A stretch of 64,000 nucleotides of DNA from Acidobacteriota bacterium. GTDB lineage: Bacteria; Acidobacteriota; Polarisedimenticolia; J045. Under the pieces are notes generated by a model. That model saw only the letters and a program-made list of their open reading frames with translations. It did not search any database and had not been told where the DNA came from. Positions 18,980 to 33,156 of the stretch are shown here, piece by piece. Position numbers and translations under genes: made by a program. Numbering within the stretch: the first letter of the stretch is position 1; each line of letters starts with the position of its first letter. Location: contig RFHH01000021.1 of the NCBI GenBank assembly GCA_003696075.1, forward strand, positions 7,881 to 71,880, written 5' to 3'.

Positions 18980-19881
18980 GAGCCTTTCTCCTTCCGGCGC
19001 CTCGCGGTTCTCGGGGTCCTGATCCCCTCGAGCTCGGCGAGCCGTCGCAGCTCCTCCTCCTTCAACCTCGACATCTTCTCCGACCAGAGACGGTCCGCGA
19101 CGCGCTGCCGCTCACCGGCGCGACCGGGATCGGGGTCCCGGTTCCGCGCCTCCAGCTCGAACAGATAGAAGGCGCCGTCGTACTCGACCGGTCTCGAGAT
19201 CCCTCCCTCGGGAAGTTTGCGCAGGACGTCGGCGACGGGAGCCGGGAGATTGGAGAGCGGACGCTGCTGCAGGGCGCCGGCGTCCGGCGCGGTGCTCATC
19301 TCCTTGGCGACCGCTTCGAACGGCTCCTTCCGGCGGACCGTTCGCCGATAGGCCTCCGACGCCGCCTCGCGGGAGTCCACCCTGATCTGCCGGAAGACCG
19401 CGAATTCCCGCTGGACGCGCGGCGGCGCCGCGCCCAGCGCCGCGTCGATCTCCTCGTCGGTCACCTTGATCCTGGGCGCGAGAACCTTCTCCTCGTACAG
19501 GCGGGCGAGCACCGCCTGCCGCGCGTCGCGCTCCAGCTCCTCGCGGGAATCGCCCTCGGAGGCCGCCTGCGGGCCGAGCGCCTCGAGCTGCTCCCGGATC
19601 GCCTCCGCCGGGGCGACCAGCCCCTCCCGCTCCGCGGCACGAGCGAACAGGAGCTCGGCGAGGTACTCCTCGTAGAGCTGCTGCCTCGCTGCTGGATCGA
19701 TCTCTTCCGCGGGAACACCGGCGTAGCGGCGCACGAAACGCTCGTACTGCTCGTCGGTGAGTTCCTCGCCGCCGATCCGGTCGATCCGGTCGCCGGTCTC
19801 CTCCTGCGGGGGAGAGCAGGCGGCGGTGGCCAGCGAAAGTCCGGCCGCGAGCAATGCCGCCCCCGCCGTCAGGTGACGCAT
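18976..19881 (-). CDS. Parvulin/SurA-like peptidyl-prolyl isomerase, probable lipoprotein
   Basis: ATG at 19879-19881 follows GAGGGAGG with a 4-5 nt spacer. Signal peptide MRHLTAGAALLAAGLSLATAAC. C-terminal PpiC-like region. Confidence 0.75.
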   Translation of the reverse strand: MRHLTAGAALLAAGLSLATAACSPPQEETGDRIDRIGGEELTDEQYERFVRRYAGVPAEEIDPAARQQLYEEYLAELLFARAAEREGLVAPAEAIREQLEALGPQAASEGDSREELERDARQAVLARLYEEKVLAPRIKVTDEEIDAALGAAPPRVQREFAVFRQIRVDSREAASEAYRRTVRRKEPFEAVAKEMSTAPDAGALQQRPLSNLPAPVADVLRKLPEGGISRPVEYDGAFYLFELEARNRDPDPGRAGERQRVADRLWSEKMSRLKEEELRRLAELEGIRTPRTARRRKEKGS

Positions 19882-19959
19882 CGCGCCTCCCTCGCCGCGC
19901 CGCCACCGCGCGGCCCGGTGTCCGATTATCCGCTGCGCGGCCGGTGTCGGCACGGGCCG

Positions 19960-22900
19960 TCAGCTCGCCAGCTTTTCGAGCGCCATTCGCGCCGCCTCCA
20001 GCCTGTCCGGGGCCTGCGCGGGCGGGCGGAAGGTGACCGCGCCCCCGGGCGTGATACCCAGGCTCCGGTCGCGCTGGAGCAGCTGCACGAGGCGTCTCGT
20101 GTCGATGCGCGGTCTCGAGCCGAAGCGGACCGCGACCCCGTCGCGGCTCCAGTCGATCGACACCGCCCCCTGTCTCGCGGCCTCGAGCCGAAGCTGCGCC
20201 ACGCGGAACAGATCGATCACGGGCTGCGGGCAGCGGCCGAACCGGTCCTCGACTTCTTTCCGGAGCTCCTCGATCTCCCGTTCGCTCTCCGCCACCGAGA
20301 GCCGCTTGTAGACCGCCAGCCTCTGTCCGGAATCCGGGATGTAGTCCTCCGGCAGGTACGCCGGAACGCCGAGGTTCACGGTCACCGGTTCCGGTGCGGG
20401 CGGCTGGGGCTCGCCTTTCAGGCGCCGCACCTCCGCCTCGAGCATCTGCACGTACATCTCGAAGCCGACGGCGGCGATGTGCCCCGACTGGCGGGCTCCC
20501 AGCAGCTCGCCCGCTCCCCGAATCTCGAGGTCGAGCGCCGCGATGCGGAATCCGGCTCCGAGCTCGGTGAACTCCACGAGGGCGGCCAGCCGGCGCCTCG
20601 CCTCGGGGGTCAGCTCCCGGCGAGCCGGGACGAACAGGTAGGCGTACGCGCGCCGATCCGATCGGCCGACGCGGCCGCGCATCTGGTAGAGCTGGGCCAG
20701 ACCGAACCGGTGGGCCTGATCGATCAGGATCGTGTTGGCGCGCGGGATATCGAGACCGTTCTCGATGATCGTCGTGGCCACGAGAACCTGAGTCTCTCCG
20801 CGGACGAAGGAGAGCATCGTCCGCTCCAGTTCCCTTTCTCCCATTCGGCCGTGCGCACAGCGGATCACCGCCTCGGGGACCAGCTCCTCGAGGCGGGAGG
20901 CGACCCGCTCGATCCCCTCGACGCGCGGGTGAACGAAGAAGACCTGCCCTCCGCGTCGCAGTTCGTTCCGGATCGCTGCCGCGGCGAGCGTCGGCGACCA
21001 GGGAGATACGAGCGTCTGGATGGCGTGGCGGTTTCGGGGCGGCGTTTCGATCACCGAGAGGTCGCGGACACCGGCGAGAGACATCTGGAGGGTGCGGGGG
21101 ATCGGGGTCGCGCTCATCGCGAGGACGTGGACCCCCAAGGACAGCCTCTTGATCTTCTCCTTCTGGCGGACGCCGAAACGCTGCTCCTCGTCGACGATGA
21201 GCAGCCCCAGGCGCTTGAACCGCACGTCGCCGCTCAGCAGCCGGTGCGTGCCGATCAGGATGTCGACGCGCCCTTCCGCCGTGTCCGCGATGATGCGGCG
21301 CGCCTCGGCGGTGGACGTGAGCCGCGACAGCGCCTCGATCCTGACCGGCCACGCCGCCATGCGGGCGCGGAAAGTGGCCAGGTGCTGGACGGCCAGCACG
21401 GTCGTCGGCACGAGCACCGCCACCTGGTACCCCTCCTGAACGACCTGGAACGCCGCTCTGAGGGCGACCTCGGTCTTCCCGTAGCCGACATCGCCGCACA
21501 AGAGCCGGTCCATCGCCCTCTCCGAGGCGAGGTCGCGCCGGATTTCCTCCCAGGCCGCGCGCTGGTCGGGGGTCAGCTCGTGCGGGAAGGCCTGCTCGAA
21601 CTCTTCCTGCCACCGGGTGCCGCCCCGGAACGGGCGGGCGCGGACGGTCATCCGGCGCGCGTACAGGTCGAGCAGATCCTTGGCCATCTCCTGGACCGCG
21701 CGCCGGACGTGGCGCCGGCGGCGCTCCCAACCGGTCCCACCCAGGCGATCGAGCGGAACCAGCGCGTGGTCTCCTCCGCTGTACTTCTGGATCAGGTCGA
21801 GCCGCGAGACCGGGACGTAGAGCCGATCGCCGCCGGCGTACTCGAGGACGAGCATCTCCTCGCCGGAACCCGGGTGGCGCTCCAGACCGGCGTACCGGCC
21901 GACCCCGTGGTCCACGTGCACCACACGGTCGCCGGGCTTGAGGTCGCGAAGGTCGGAGACGAACGCTCCGCCGCCGCGCCGGCGTCGGGGGGGAGGAGCG
22001 GGCGGATCGGCGCCGAACAGGTCCGGTTCCGCGAGGAGGGTGGCCCCTCCGGCGAACTCCACCCCCTCGTCGAGCCGGAGGTCGGCGAGGAGCAGCTCAC
22101 CCGGCTCGGGGGACCACGGTCCCTCCCGGTCGACCTCCCTGGCGGCCAGGCCGGCTCCTTCGAGGATCTCCTGGAGACGCATTCGGCGTCCCCGGTTCCG
22201 CGCGGCCAGGATCACGGGCCTGCCCTCGCCGGTCCGGCGCCTCAGCTCCTCCTCGAGGGCGTCGAGCCGCCCCTCGAAGCGGACGGGAGGCCGGGCGCGC
22301 AGGTCGAGCGGCTCGCGCCCGCTGGCCGGACACGGCAGCTCCCCGATCGTCACCTGGGCGGTTTCCAGTCGGGAGGCGACCGCCTCCGGCGGGACGAACA
22401 ACCGCCGCGGTGGCGGGACCGCGTCACCTCCCTCGGCCGATTCCCGATGGGCTGCCTCGAGATCCTCCCAGGTGGAGCGGAGTCGGGCGAGCGTCTCCTC
22501 CGGCTCCCACACCGCAAGCAGCGCCTCCTCCGCCAGCCGGTGCAGCGGAACGAGGTCCTCCCGGTAGAGCGCAGGGGCTCCCTCCACCCCGGCGAGGAGC
22601 TGGTCGACGAGCCGGGGAAGCCCTTCCCGCGTCGCGGGAGCCTCCGCGAGGACCTCCCGCGCGCGCCCCACGAGGCGGTCCAGCAACCGCTCGGCCTGGT
22701 CGGGCGCGATCGGTGCCTCGCGCGCGGGGAGCCACCGCACCCGGTCGATGCGCCCCGTCGTGCGCTGGGTCGCCGGATCGAACCGGCGGAGGGACTCGAC
22801 GATGTCTCCGAGGAGCTCGACGCGGACCGGCGCTTCCTCCTGCGGCGGCCAGATGTCGAACAGACCGCCGCGACGGGCGAAGTCGCCCGGCGCCACGACG

Positions 22901-23403
22901 ACGTCGGCGACCCGGTAGCCGGCTTCGACCACCTCCCGAGCCAGCCGGGGAAGATCGACCCGCCCTCCCCGGGCGATCTGGCCGCCCCACTTTCTTATCT
23001 CTTCCCTTCCCGGTACCGGGGTGAGGAACGCGGCGACCGGGACCACGATGACCACGGACGCCCCCCAGGCGAGGGCGTCGAGCGCGGCGACACGCTGGGC
23101 GGCGACCGCGGGGTGGCTCGGGATCCCGCGGTAGGGGTCGGCCTCCAAGGCGGGCAGCCGCACCGGTGCCGGATCGCCTCGGACCGGATCGAGCAGCCCC
23201 TCGAGGGCTCGGGTCAAACTCCTGGCACCCGCATCGTCCGCCGCCACCAGAAGCGTGGGGCCGCGCCGGGAGCGGACGGCCTCCACGAGCGCGAGCAGAC
23301 GGGCGGTCCGCGACAGGCTCGCTGCGTGCACGCGCGGACCGCCGCCCGCCGCGCGGGCGAGCCGCCGCACAACGTCGTGTCCCAGCAGTTCCGCGATCCA
23401 CAT
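19960..23403 (-). CDS. mfd: Transcription-repair coupling factor Mfd
   Basis: ATG at 23401-23403 (MWIAELLGHD) inside track ORF 19960..23868. CarD-like domain (GDRVVHVDHGVGRY), DEAD/helicase motifs (GDVGYGKTEVA, DEEQRFG) and a TRCF C-terminal domain. Confidence 0.93.
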   Translation of the reverse strand: MWIAELLGHDVVRRLARAAGGGPRVHAASLSRTARLLALVEAVRSRRGPTLLVAADDAGARSLTRALEGLLDPVRGDPAPVRLPALEADPYRGIPSHPAVAAQRVAALDALAWGASVVIVVPVAAFLTPVPGREEIRKWGGQIARGGRVDLPRLAREVVEAGYRVADVVVAPGDFARRGGLFDIWPPQEEAPVRVELLGDIVESLRRFDPATQRTTGRIDRVRWLPAREAPIAPDQAERLLDRLVGRAREVLAEAPATREGLPRLVDQLLAGVEGAPALYREDLVPLHRLAEEALLAVWEPEETLARLRSTWEDLEAAHRESAEGGDAVPPPRRLFVPPEAVASRLETAQVTIGELPCPASGREPLDLRARPPVRFEGRLDALEEELRRRTGEGRPVILAARNRGRRMRLQEILEGAGLAAREVDREGPWSPEPGELLLADLRLDEGVEFAGGATLLAEPDLFGADPPAPPPRRRRGGGAFVSDLRDLKPGDRVVHVDHGVGRYAGLERHPGSGEEMLVLEYAGGDRLYVPVSRLDLIQKYSGGDHALVPLDRLGGTGWERRRRHVRRAVQEMAKDLLDLYARRMTVRARPFRGGTRWQEEFEQAFPHELTPDQRAAWEEIRRDLASERAMDRLLCGDVGYGKTEVALRAAFQVVQEGYQVAVLVPTTVLAVQHLATFRARMAAWPVRIEALSRLTSTAEARRIIADTAEGRVDILIGTHRLLSGDVRFKRLGLLIVDEEQRFGVRQKEKIKRLSLGVHVLAMSATPIPRTLQMSLAGVRDLSVIETPPRNRHAIQTLVSPWSPTLAAAAIRNELRRGGQVFFVHPRVEGIERVASRLEELVPEAVIRCAHGRMGERELERTMLSFVRGETQVLVATTIIENGLDIPRANTILIDQAHRFGLAQLYQMRGRVGRSDRRAYAYLFVPARRELTPEARRRLAALVEFTELGAGFRIAALDLEIRGAGELLGARQSGHIAAVGFEMYVQMLEAEVRRLKGEPQPPAPEPVTVNLGVPAYLPEDYIPDSGQRLAVYKRLSVAESEREIEELRKEVEDRFGRCPQPVIDLFRVAQLRLEAARQGAVSIDWSRDGVAVRFGSRPRIDTRRLVQLLQRDRSLGITPGGAVTFRPPAQAPDRLEAARMALEKLAS

Positions 23404-23467
23404 CGTGAGCCGGTCCCGGGCGGACGACCCGCCGCCGCGACAGGATGGACCACGCCCTTGCGAGCCG

Positions 23468-23968
23468 CTACCGCGCAGCAGCCTGGGGCGAGAAGCGGAA
23501 GGTGACGTGCCCCGAACGGTCCACCGGTGACGGCGGCGGTACCGGGCGGAACCCCGCCGCACGCCAGACCGCGAGCGCGGCCCGGTTGTCCTCGGCGACG
23601 ACGAGCCACACGGAGCAACCCCGGTGCATCCCGAGGTCTCCGGCGTGGCGGGCGAGCCGGCAGCCGATCCCCCATCCCCTGGCGAACGGGCGGACCCGAA
23701 GGGCGCTGGCGAACAGCCCTTGCTCGAAGGGCGCGACGATGACGCCACCCAGGGCCACCGGGCCGGCGACCGCCACGTAGGCGTGCGCCAGCGATCCCGT
23801 GCGAGCCGGGTCCCTCTCGAGGTCGCCGAAGACGGCGCGCCAGCGCCCCGCCGGATCGTCCAAGGCACGGACGATCCGCACCCGGCGCCGCACGGGGCGG
23901 CCGGCGGCGCGCCAGGCCCGCGTCCGCTGGACCGCTTCCAGGACCTCTCGAAGCGCCCGCCGCATCAC
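23468..23968 (-). CDS. GNAT-family N-acetyltransferase
   Basis: Acetyl-CoA-binding-like motif RGWGIGCRLARH. The start overlaps the upstream stop (ATGA). Confidence 0.75.
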   Translation of the reverse strand: MMRRALREVLEAVQRTRAWRAAGRPVRRRVRIVRALDDPAGRWRAVFGDLERDPARTGSLAHAYVAVAGPVALGGVIVAPFEQGLFASALRVRPFARGWGIGCRLARHAGDLGMHRGCSVWLVVAEDNRAALAVWRAAGFRPVPPPSPVDRSGHVTFRFSPQAAAR

Positions 23969-24513
23969 GCCTCGGGCGGTTCGTCAGGCCACGGAGGAGG
24001 AGCCCGCGCCGCCCATCGCACGAGCAAGGCGAACGCGGACAGCCACACCAGGATCGTCGCGGCGTTGAGAATGCCGAGGAGGCGGTGAGCCCGGCGAAGT
24101 GCCGCGACGGCGGAGAGTTGGTGCCGAAGGGATCGCGCCACCCGTTGCACCTCGGCATCCGGCTCGGGCGCCTTCAGGTACTGCTCGAGCGCGGAGAGCG
24201 CCTGGTCGATCCGGCCCCCGAGCTGCAAGGCTTCCAGAAGCTGGGCGAGAGCGTGCCGGTCCTGGGGCGCCTGCCGGAGCCGCGCGCGGTACAGCTCCGC
24301 CGCCTGGTCGATATCGAGGAGATCCAAGGCGAGATCCGCTCGCCACATCAGGATCGTCCCTCGATCGGCTTCGCCGAAAGGCACCTGCTCGAGAATTCTC
24401 AGGGCCTCCTGCTTTTCACCGGCGAAGGAAAGCCGCGCCGCTTCCGCGAGCGATGGGGGCGGACTCCCCCCGCCGGATGCAAGAGCGACCGCTGCCAGCG
24501 CCGCGGGGACCAT
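23965..24513 (-). CDS. TPR-like repeat protein with an N-terminal signal/anchor and a C-terminal TM helix
   Basis: The start is placed at ATG 24511-24513, overlapping the upstream stop by 1 nt (TGATG). Helical repeat sequence, with C-terminal ILNAATILVWLSAFALLV. Confidence 0.6.
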   Translation of the reverse strand: MVPAALAAVALASGGGSPPPSLAEAARLSFAGEKQEALRILEQVPFGEADRGTILMWRADLALDLLDIDQAAELYRARLRQAPQDRHALAQLLEALQLGGRIDQALSALEQYLKAPEPDAEVQRVARSLRHQLSAVAALRRAHRLLGILNAATILVWLSAFALLVRWAARAPPPWPDEPPEA

Positions 24514-26147
24514 CACGGAAGCCGGCTCCACGCCACGAGCGAATCTCGGAGCAACAAGTGCTCGAACGGCGTTCCGTCGTCCGTCAACGGCGCGAACCCC
24601 GGCCGCCCCGGCCATTTGGCCGCGCGCTGCCAACCCGCCAGCAACAGGCGCCGGAGGTCCTCGAATTCCGAGGCCATCCGGGAAGCGTCCTGAGCGCGCA
24701 GCCGGGCCGAGGCACCCGTCAGATCCAGCGGCAGATCTCGGCGCGCGAGAATCAACATGTTCAGGCTTCCCGGGATGCGCTCGACGAAGACTTCGCCGAA
24801 GGACGCGCGCACGCTCTCGAGAAGCCGAGGAAGCGCTTCTCCGTCCGCGATGGGCACGATGACGTTCATGCCGAAGACACCGCCGTGCCGGAGCCGGTCC
24901 TTGACCGTTTCGAAGAACTCTCTCGTCGCCAGGTGCGATGGGACCTGCCTCGCTCGGGAGAACACATCCAGAACGATCGCCCTGTAGGTCCTCTTCGACA
25001 CCAGGTTGTACTGCCGCGCATCCGCGATCTGAAGCGACAGGTGCGGATCGCCTCGGTCGAGCCCGAAGAAGCGCTCGCCGATCTCGACCAGCTCGGGATC
25101 GATCTCGACGCCGTCGATCCTGAGATCGGAAAAAGGGCCGAAGAAATGTTCGACTTGACGCCCGACGGCTCCCACCCCGTAACCGAGGACGAGCAGATCG
25201 AGCCGCTCACCCGGGCGCCATCCGGAGAGCCAAGGCAAACCGAGGAAGTGATCGAAAACCAATCCCCCCGACAGGAAGGAGCCCTCCCGAAGCACCGCCT
25301 GGGCGCCGCGCCTCTGGCCTTCCGTCTGGAGAAGAAGCGCGTCGCCGCGCCGGGTCACCCTGGCGTACTGGTAGGGGGTCTCCGTCTCGTAGAGGACGTT
25401 CGGGCCGGGAAGCACCGGGCCCGGCGGCACGGCGGCCGAGACGGCCACGAAAACGGTCCCCACCGCTCCGGTCGCTCTGGCCAGCGGACCGCTCCCACCC
25501 GCGAGGCCGGGCAGCGCGATCACCAGAAGCGCCAGCGAGGCGAGGAGAACCGTCCGGTGGCTGCCGATCGCCGGGACGAGCCAGAGCGTGGTGCCGAATG
25601 TGCCGGCGATGGCGCCCGCCGTGACGGACGCCGAGCATGCGCCCGATGCCCAACCCACCCCGCCAGCCCGGGAAAGAAGGCGAACGGTCATCGGACTCAT
25701 GGCCCCCATCAAGAACAGCGGGGGCGCGAAGAGAAGGAGGGTGGCGAACAGCGACGCGCGCACGAGGAGAGGCACAGCGGATGACTCGGCGGCCGCCTCG
25801 GGAACCAGGAGCGGGCACAGCGCGCGCACGGCCCATGGAACGCCGGCGGACAGCACCGCGGCCAGAATGGCGACCGTGACGAGGGGGCCCAGACCGGGCC
25901 GCCTGTCGGCCAGTCTTCCGCCGGCATAGTAGCCCGCGGCGAGCGCGGCCAGGATGACCCCGATGACATTGGTCCAGGTGTAATTCGAACTGCCGAAGTA
26001 CGGGGCCAGAAGGCGCGGCGCCGCGACCTCGAGCACCATCATCGAGAAGCCACCGGCCCCGGCGAGTGCGAGCAAGTAAGCCGTCAGCAAGCGGCGCTGG
26101 CCGGGTCCGGCCTTCCGCCGTGCCGCTGAACTCTCAAGGCGAGCCAT
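24513..26147 (-). CDS. Fused MFS-like membrane domain / spermidine-synthase-like methyltransferase-fold protein
   Basis: About 7 N-terminal TM helices, then a SpeE-like region (LVLGYGVGA, GVEIDPELVEIGERFFG, IVLDVFS). Confidence 0.8.
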   Translation of the reverse strand: MARLESSAARRKAGPGQRRLLTAYLLALAGAGGFSMMVLEVAAPRLLAPYFGSSNYTWTNVIGVILAALAAGYYAGGRLADRRPGLGPLVTVAILAAVLSAGVPWAVRALCPLLVPEAAAESSAVPLLVRASLFATLLLFAPPLFLMGAMSPMTVRLLSRAGGVGWASGACSASVTAGAIAGTFGTTLWLVPAIGSHRTVLLASLALLVIALPGLAGGSGPLARATGAVGTVFVAVSAAVPPGPVLPGPNVLYETETPYQYARVTRRGDALLLQTEGQRRGAQAVLREGSFLSGGLVFDHFLGLPWLSGWRPGERLDLLVLGYGVGAVGRQVEHFFGPFSDLRIDGVEIDPELVEIGERFFGLDRGDPHLSLQIADARQYNLVSKRTYRAIVLDVFSRARQVPSHLATREFFETVKDRLRHGGVFGMNVIVPIADGEALPRLLESVRASFGEVFVERIPGSLNMLILARRDLPLDLTGASARLRAQDASRMASEFEDLRRLLLAGWQRAAKWPGRPGFAPLTDDGTPFEHLLLRDSLVAWSRLP

Positions 26148-26637
26148 CGTCCCGATCTCCCAAGCGAACGCGGATCCGGTGAACGAGCGCCGAGGTGGAC
26201 ACGCCGGGTTCGAGGGGGACCCGGAGGACGCTGCCTCCCCATCCGCGCACCTCCCGCGCGCCGACGATGCGGGACTCCGGCCAGTCGGCGCCTTTCACCA
26301 GGACGTCGGGCCGGAGGGCGAGGATCACGGCGAGCGGGTCGTCCTCGCCGAAGGCGACGACGAGGTCGACCGGCTCCAGGGCGGCGAGAAGCTCGGCGCG
26401 CTCTGCGAGCGGCACCAGCGGGCGCCCGGGGCCCTTGAGCCGCGCCACCGAGGCATCGTCGTTGACCGCGACGACGAGCGCGTCGGCGGCGGAGCGGGCG
26501 GCGGTGAGAAGGCGAACGTGACCGCTGTGGAGCAGGTCGAAGCAGCCGTTCGTCAGGGCGACGCGCCGCCCCTGCTCGGCCAGACGCGCGCGCCACTCCC
26601 GGGCCCGCTCGAGCGGAACCGGAATCTCCGGTTCCAT
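26134..26637 (-). CDS. RfaE domain II-like cytidylyl/adenylyltransferase (D-glycero-beta-D-manno-heptose-1-phosphate adenylyltransferase type)
   Basis: Motifs seen: NGCFDLLHSGHVRLL and VAVNDDASVARLKG. The start is ATG 26637; an alternative ATG lies at 26670. Confidence 0.8.
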   Translation of the reverse strand: MEPEIPVPLERAREWRARLAEQGRRVALTNGCFDLLHSGHVRLLTAARSAADALVVAVNDDASVARLKGPGRPLVPLAERAELLAALEPVDLVVAFGEDDPLAVILALRPDVLVKGADWPESRIVGAREVRGWGGSVLRVPLEPGVSTSALVHRIRVRLGDRDDGSP

Positions 26638-26681
26638 TCCCCAACCCCGCGGGCCGCGCCCTCCGTCCATGCGGAGAGCCC

Positions 26682-27857
26682 TCAGCGCGCCAGGATCGAG
26701 CGCCCCAGCTCCGCCTCCCGGAACTTCTCGTAGGGCACGATCTCGCCGTTGTACACGGCGTAGAGCTTCGGCTGCTGGATCACGTCGCCGTTCAGGTCGA
26801 AATCGATCCGCCCGCTGACTCCCTGGTACTCGATGTTGAGCAGCGCCGAGCGGATCTGGGTCGGCGCGGGCAGCTTGGCCGCCTCGATGGCGGCGGCGAG
26901 CACCTTGGCCGCGTCGTAGCCGTGCGCTGCGAAGGTGTCCGGATCCTCTCCGTAGCGGTTCCGGTACGCCTCGACGAACCGCTGGACGGCGGGATCCTTC
27001 GCCCCGGGGTCGAATCCGGTCTGGGGGAACACGAGCCCCTCCGCCGCGGTTTCGGCGGCCTCGATGAGGTCTCGCGTGACCGCCGAGGTGGCCAACCTGG
27101 CGATCTTGACTTTCTCTTTCTCGATCGCGCGGAGCAGCGCCGCCATGTCGTCGACATAGGCCGCGATGTAGACCGCCTCCGCGCGGGACTTGGCGAGTTC
27201 GCGGGCGATCCGCCGCGCGGAGGCCTCGTCGAGGCTTCCCTCGAAGTCGGCCCGGTAGACGATCCGGCGGGTGGGTGCCTTGTAGTGTTCGGCGAAGACG
27301 TCGGCGACCCCCTGGCCGAAGCTGTCCTTGACCGCCACCACCGCCACCCGCGAGAGCACCATGTCCCGGCAGAAGGTGGCCATCCGGTAACCCTCGCCGA
27401 TGTCGCTCGGGTAGACCCGGAAGAACCAGTCGCCCCCTTCCTTCGTCAGGGTGGGGCTCGAGGCCGCCGGGCTGAGCAGGATCGTCTCGTGCTCGTTGAA
27501 GATCGGCACGAGGCGCAGGGCGACGGACGAGGTGGCCGGGCCGATCACCGCGGGGACCCCCTTCTCGAGCAGCTCGTGTGCGGCAGCCTCGGCCACGTCG
27601 CCGTTGGTGGCGGTGTCGTGACACTCGAATTCGATGCGCCGCCCTCCCAGCACGCCGCCCGCCTCGTTGATTTCGTCGATCGCGAGCTCGATTCCGCGCT
27701 TGATCGGCCGGCCGTACACGGCGGCGGCACCGCTTTCGGGGATCAGCCCGCCGATGTGAATCGGCGCCGGCGGGCCGCAGGCGGCGGCGAGGAGCAGCCC
27801 GACCACGGCGGTCGTCATCAGCCCGGGCGAGCGCACGGTGCACCTCCTTCGGAGCAC
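26682..27857 (-). CDS. ABC-transporter periplasmic substrate-binding protein (LivJ-like, type 1 PBP)
   Basis: Signal/lipoprotein-like N-terminus (MTTAVVGLLLAAAC) and a PBP1 fold (VIGPATSSVA...). The alternative start is 27818. No permease or ATPase gene lies adjacent. Confidence 0.82.
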   Translation of the reverse strand: MLRRRCTVRSPGLMTTAVVGLLLAAACGPPAPIHIGGLIPESGAAAVYGRPIKRGIELAIDEINEAGGVLGGRRIEFECHDTATNGDVAEAAAHELLEKGVPAVIGPATSSVALRLVPIFNEHETILLSPAASSPTLTKEGGDWFFRVYPSDIGEGYRMATFCRDMVLSRVAVVAVKDSFGQGVADVFAEHYKAPTRRIVYRADFEGSLDEASARRIARELAKSRAEAVYIAAYVDDMAALLRAIEKEKVKIARLATSAVTRDLIEAAETAAEGLVFPQTGFDPGAKDPAVQRFVEAYRNRYGEDPDTFAAHGYDAAKVLAAAIEAAKLPAPTQIRSALLNIEYQGVSGRIDFDLNGDVIQQPKLYAVYNGEIVPYEKFREAELGRSILAR

Positions 27858-27874
27858 CGCCGGAGATCGGGGCG

Positions 27875-28285
27875 TCAGGAGGTGATCTGGGTCGCGGAGA
27901 TCCTCGCCAGGTGTTTGCTGAGGCGGAACCTCACGATCTCCGGGTCGGTCTCCGGATGGGGCTCTCGGAGCATTCTCTCATAGTGGCTGACCTTGCTGCG
28001 AGCCCTCTCGGCGTCGATCTCGTGGGCCAGCTCGCAGGTCTCGGCCAGCACGGTCACGCGGTCGGGCAGGATCTCGGCGAACCCGGAGCTGATCGCCATC
28101 ACCTCCGTCCGGCCGTCCCCGCGCGCGATCGCCACACCCGGCGCCAGGCCGGCGAGCAGGGGAGCGTGTCCGGGCAAGACGCCGAAGGATCCCTCCTCGC
28201 CCTGGAGAATGACTTCGTCGACCTCCCGGGAGAGGACCCTTCGCTCCGGGGTGACGATCTCCAGTTTGAGCTTCTCGGGAATCAC
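27875..28285 (-). CDS. atpC: F0F1 ATP synthase subunit epsilon
   Basis: N-terminus LKLEIVTPERRV...GSFGVLPGHAPLL. Confidence 0.93.
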   Translation of the reverse strand: MIPEKLKLEIVTPERRVLSREVDEVILQGEEGSFGVLPGHAPLLAGLAPGVAIARGDGRTEVMAISSGFAEILPDRVTVLAETCELAHEIDAERARSKVSHYERMLREPHPETDPEIVRFRLSKHLARISATQITS

Positions 28286-28326
28286 CGCGCTCTCCTCGAA
28301 GTCCCGGCCGCCCGATCCGGCACGCC

Positions 28327-32336
<4,010 letters not shown>

Positions 32337-32380
32337 CGCTCACTCCCGGGCGGGCGCCGGCCCTGCGCCCGCCGAACGGC

Positions 32381-32938
32381 TCAGCCGGCCTGCGACGCCG
32401 AGATCATTCTCGAACGCAGCCGCGCCAGGCGGGTCTTCAAGCTCCCGTCGAAGACCGTGGTGCCGATCTTCGCCACGATGCCGCCGAGCAACGACGGATC
32501 GACGCGCTTTTCGACGAGGAGTCGGCTGCCCGCCGCGCGGCTGAGGGCGGCCACCAGGCGCTCCTGGAGATCCGCGTCGAGCGGAACCGCCGAGATCAGC
32601 TCCGCCCGCCGCACGCCCGAACGCGCTTCGTGCACCTTCTCCACCGCTTCGGCGATCTCCGGGAGCAGAGGAAGACGCTCGTTCGCGGCGATCACCTCGA
32701 GGAACCGCCGTGTTCGCTCCCCCGCGCCGAGGCGCTCGGCGATCGCGGCGATGACGCGCCCCTTGGAGTCCGCCGAGACGACCGGGTTCTTGAGGACGCG
32801 GGCCAGCTCCGGAACCTTGCGGACGAGTTCGGCGATGCGGGCGACCTCCTCCCGGACCCGCCCCAATTCCTCGTCGGAGGGGACCGCCTCGGAAAGCGCC
32901 TGCGCATAGTGCTGGGCCACGAGGCGCACGCTCGACAT
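32381..32938 (-). CDS. atpH: F0F1 ATP synthase subunit delta (OSCP)
   Basis: N-terminus VAQHYAQAL and C-terminus DPSLLGGIVAKIGTTVFDGSLKTRL. Confidence 0.9.
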   Translation of the reverse strand: MSSVRLVAQHYAQALSEAVPSDEELGRVREEVARIAELVRKVPELARVLKNPVVSADSKGRVIAAIAERLGAGERTRRFLEVIAANERLPLLPEIAEAVEKVHEARSGVRRAELISAVPLDADLQERLVAALSRAAGSRLLVEKRVDPSLLGGIVAKIGTTVFDGSLKTRLARLRSRMISASQAG

Positions 32939-33156
32939 CGGGGAATCTCCGTCGGCGCCGGCCCGGCGCCTGGCCTTGGGAACCTACCGGTGGGACGTCG
33001 CCGCGGCGCCGACACCACGGCCACCGCCGCACGGCACGCAGCAAAGGCGTGGATGTTAGCCAGGGCGCCTAGTGCCGTCAACCCGGACGGGCGCCGGAAT
33101 TGCCCCCCGATCGGTCCGGCTTAGATTCGAAGACGGGGCTGGAAGGAGGTGCCGCC

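Noticed and set aside
18724-23505. 1593-aa ORF antisense to the surA, parvulin and mfd genes
   Set aside because: It is a shadow frame spanning three well-supported genes on the other strand. The composition is dominated by R, P, G and A, and it crosses gene boundaries.
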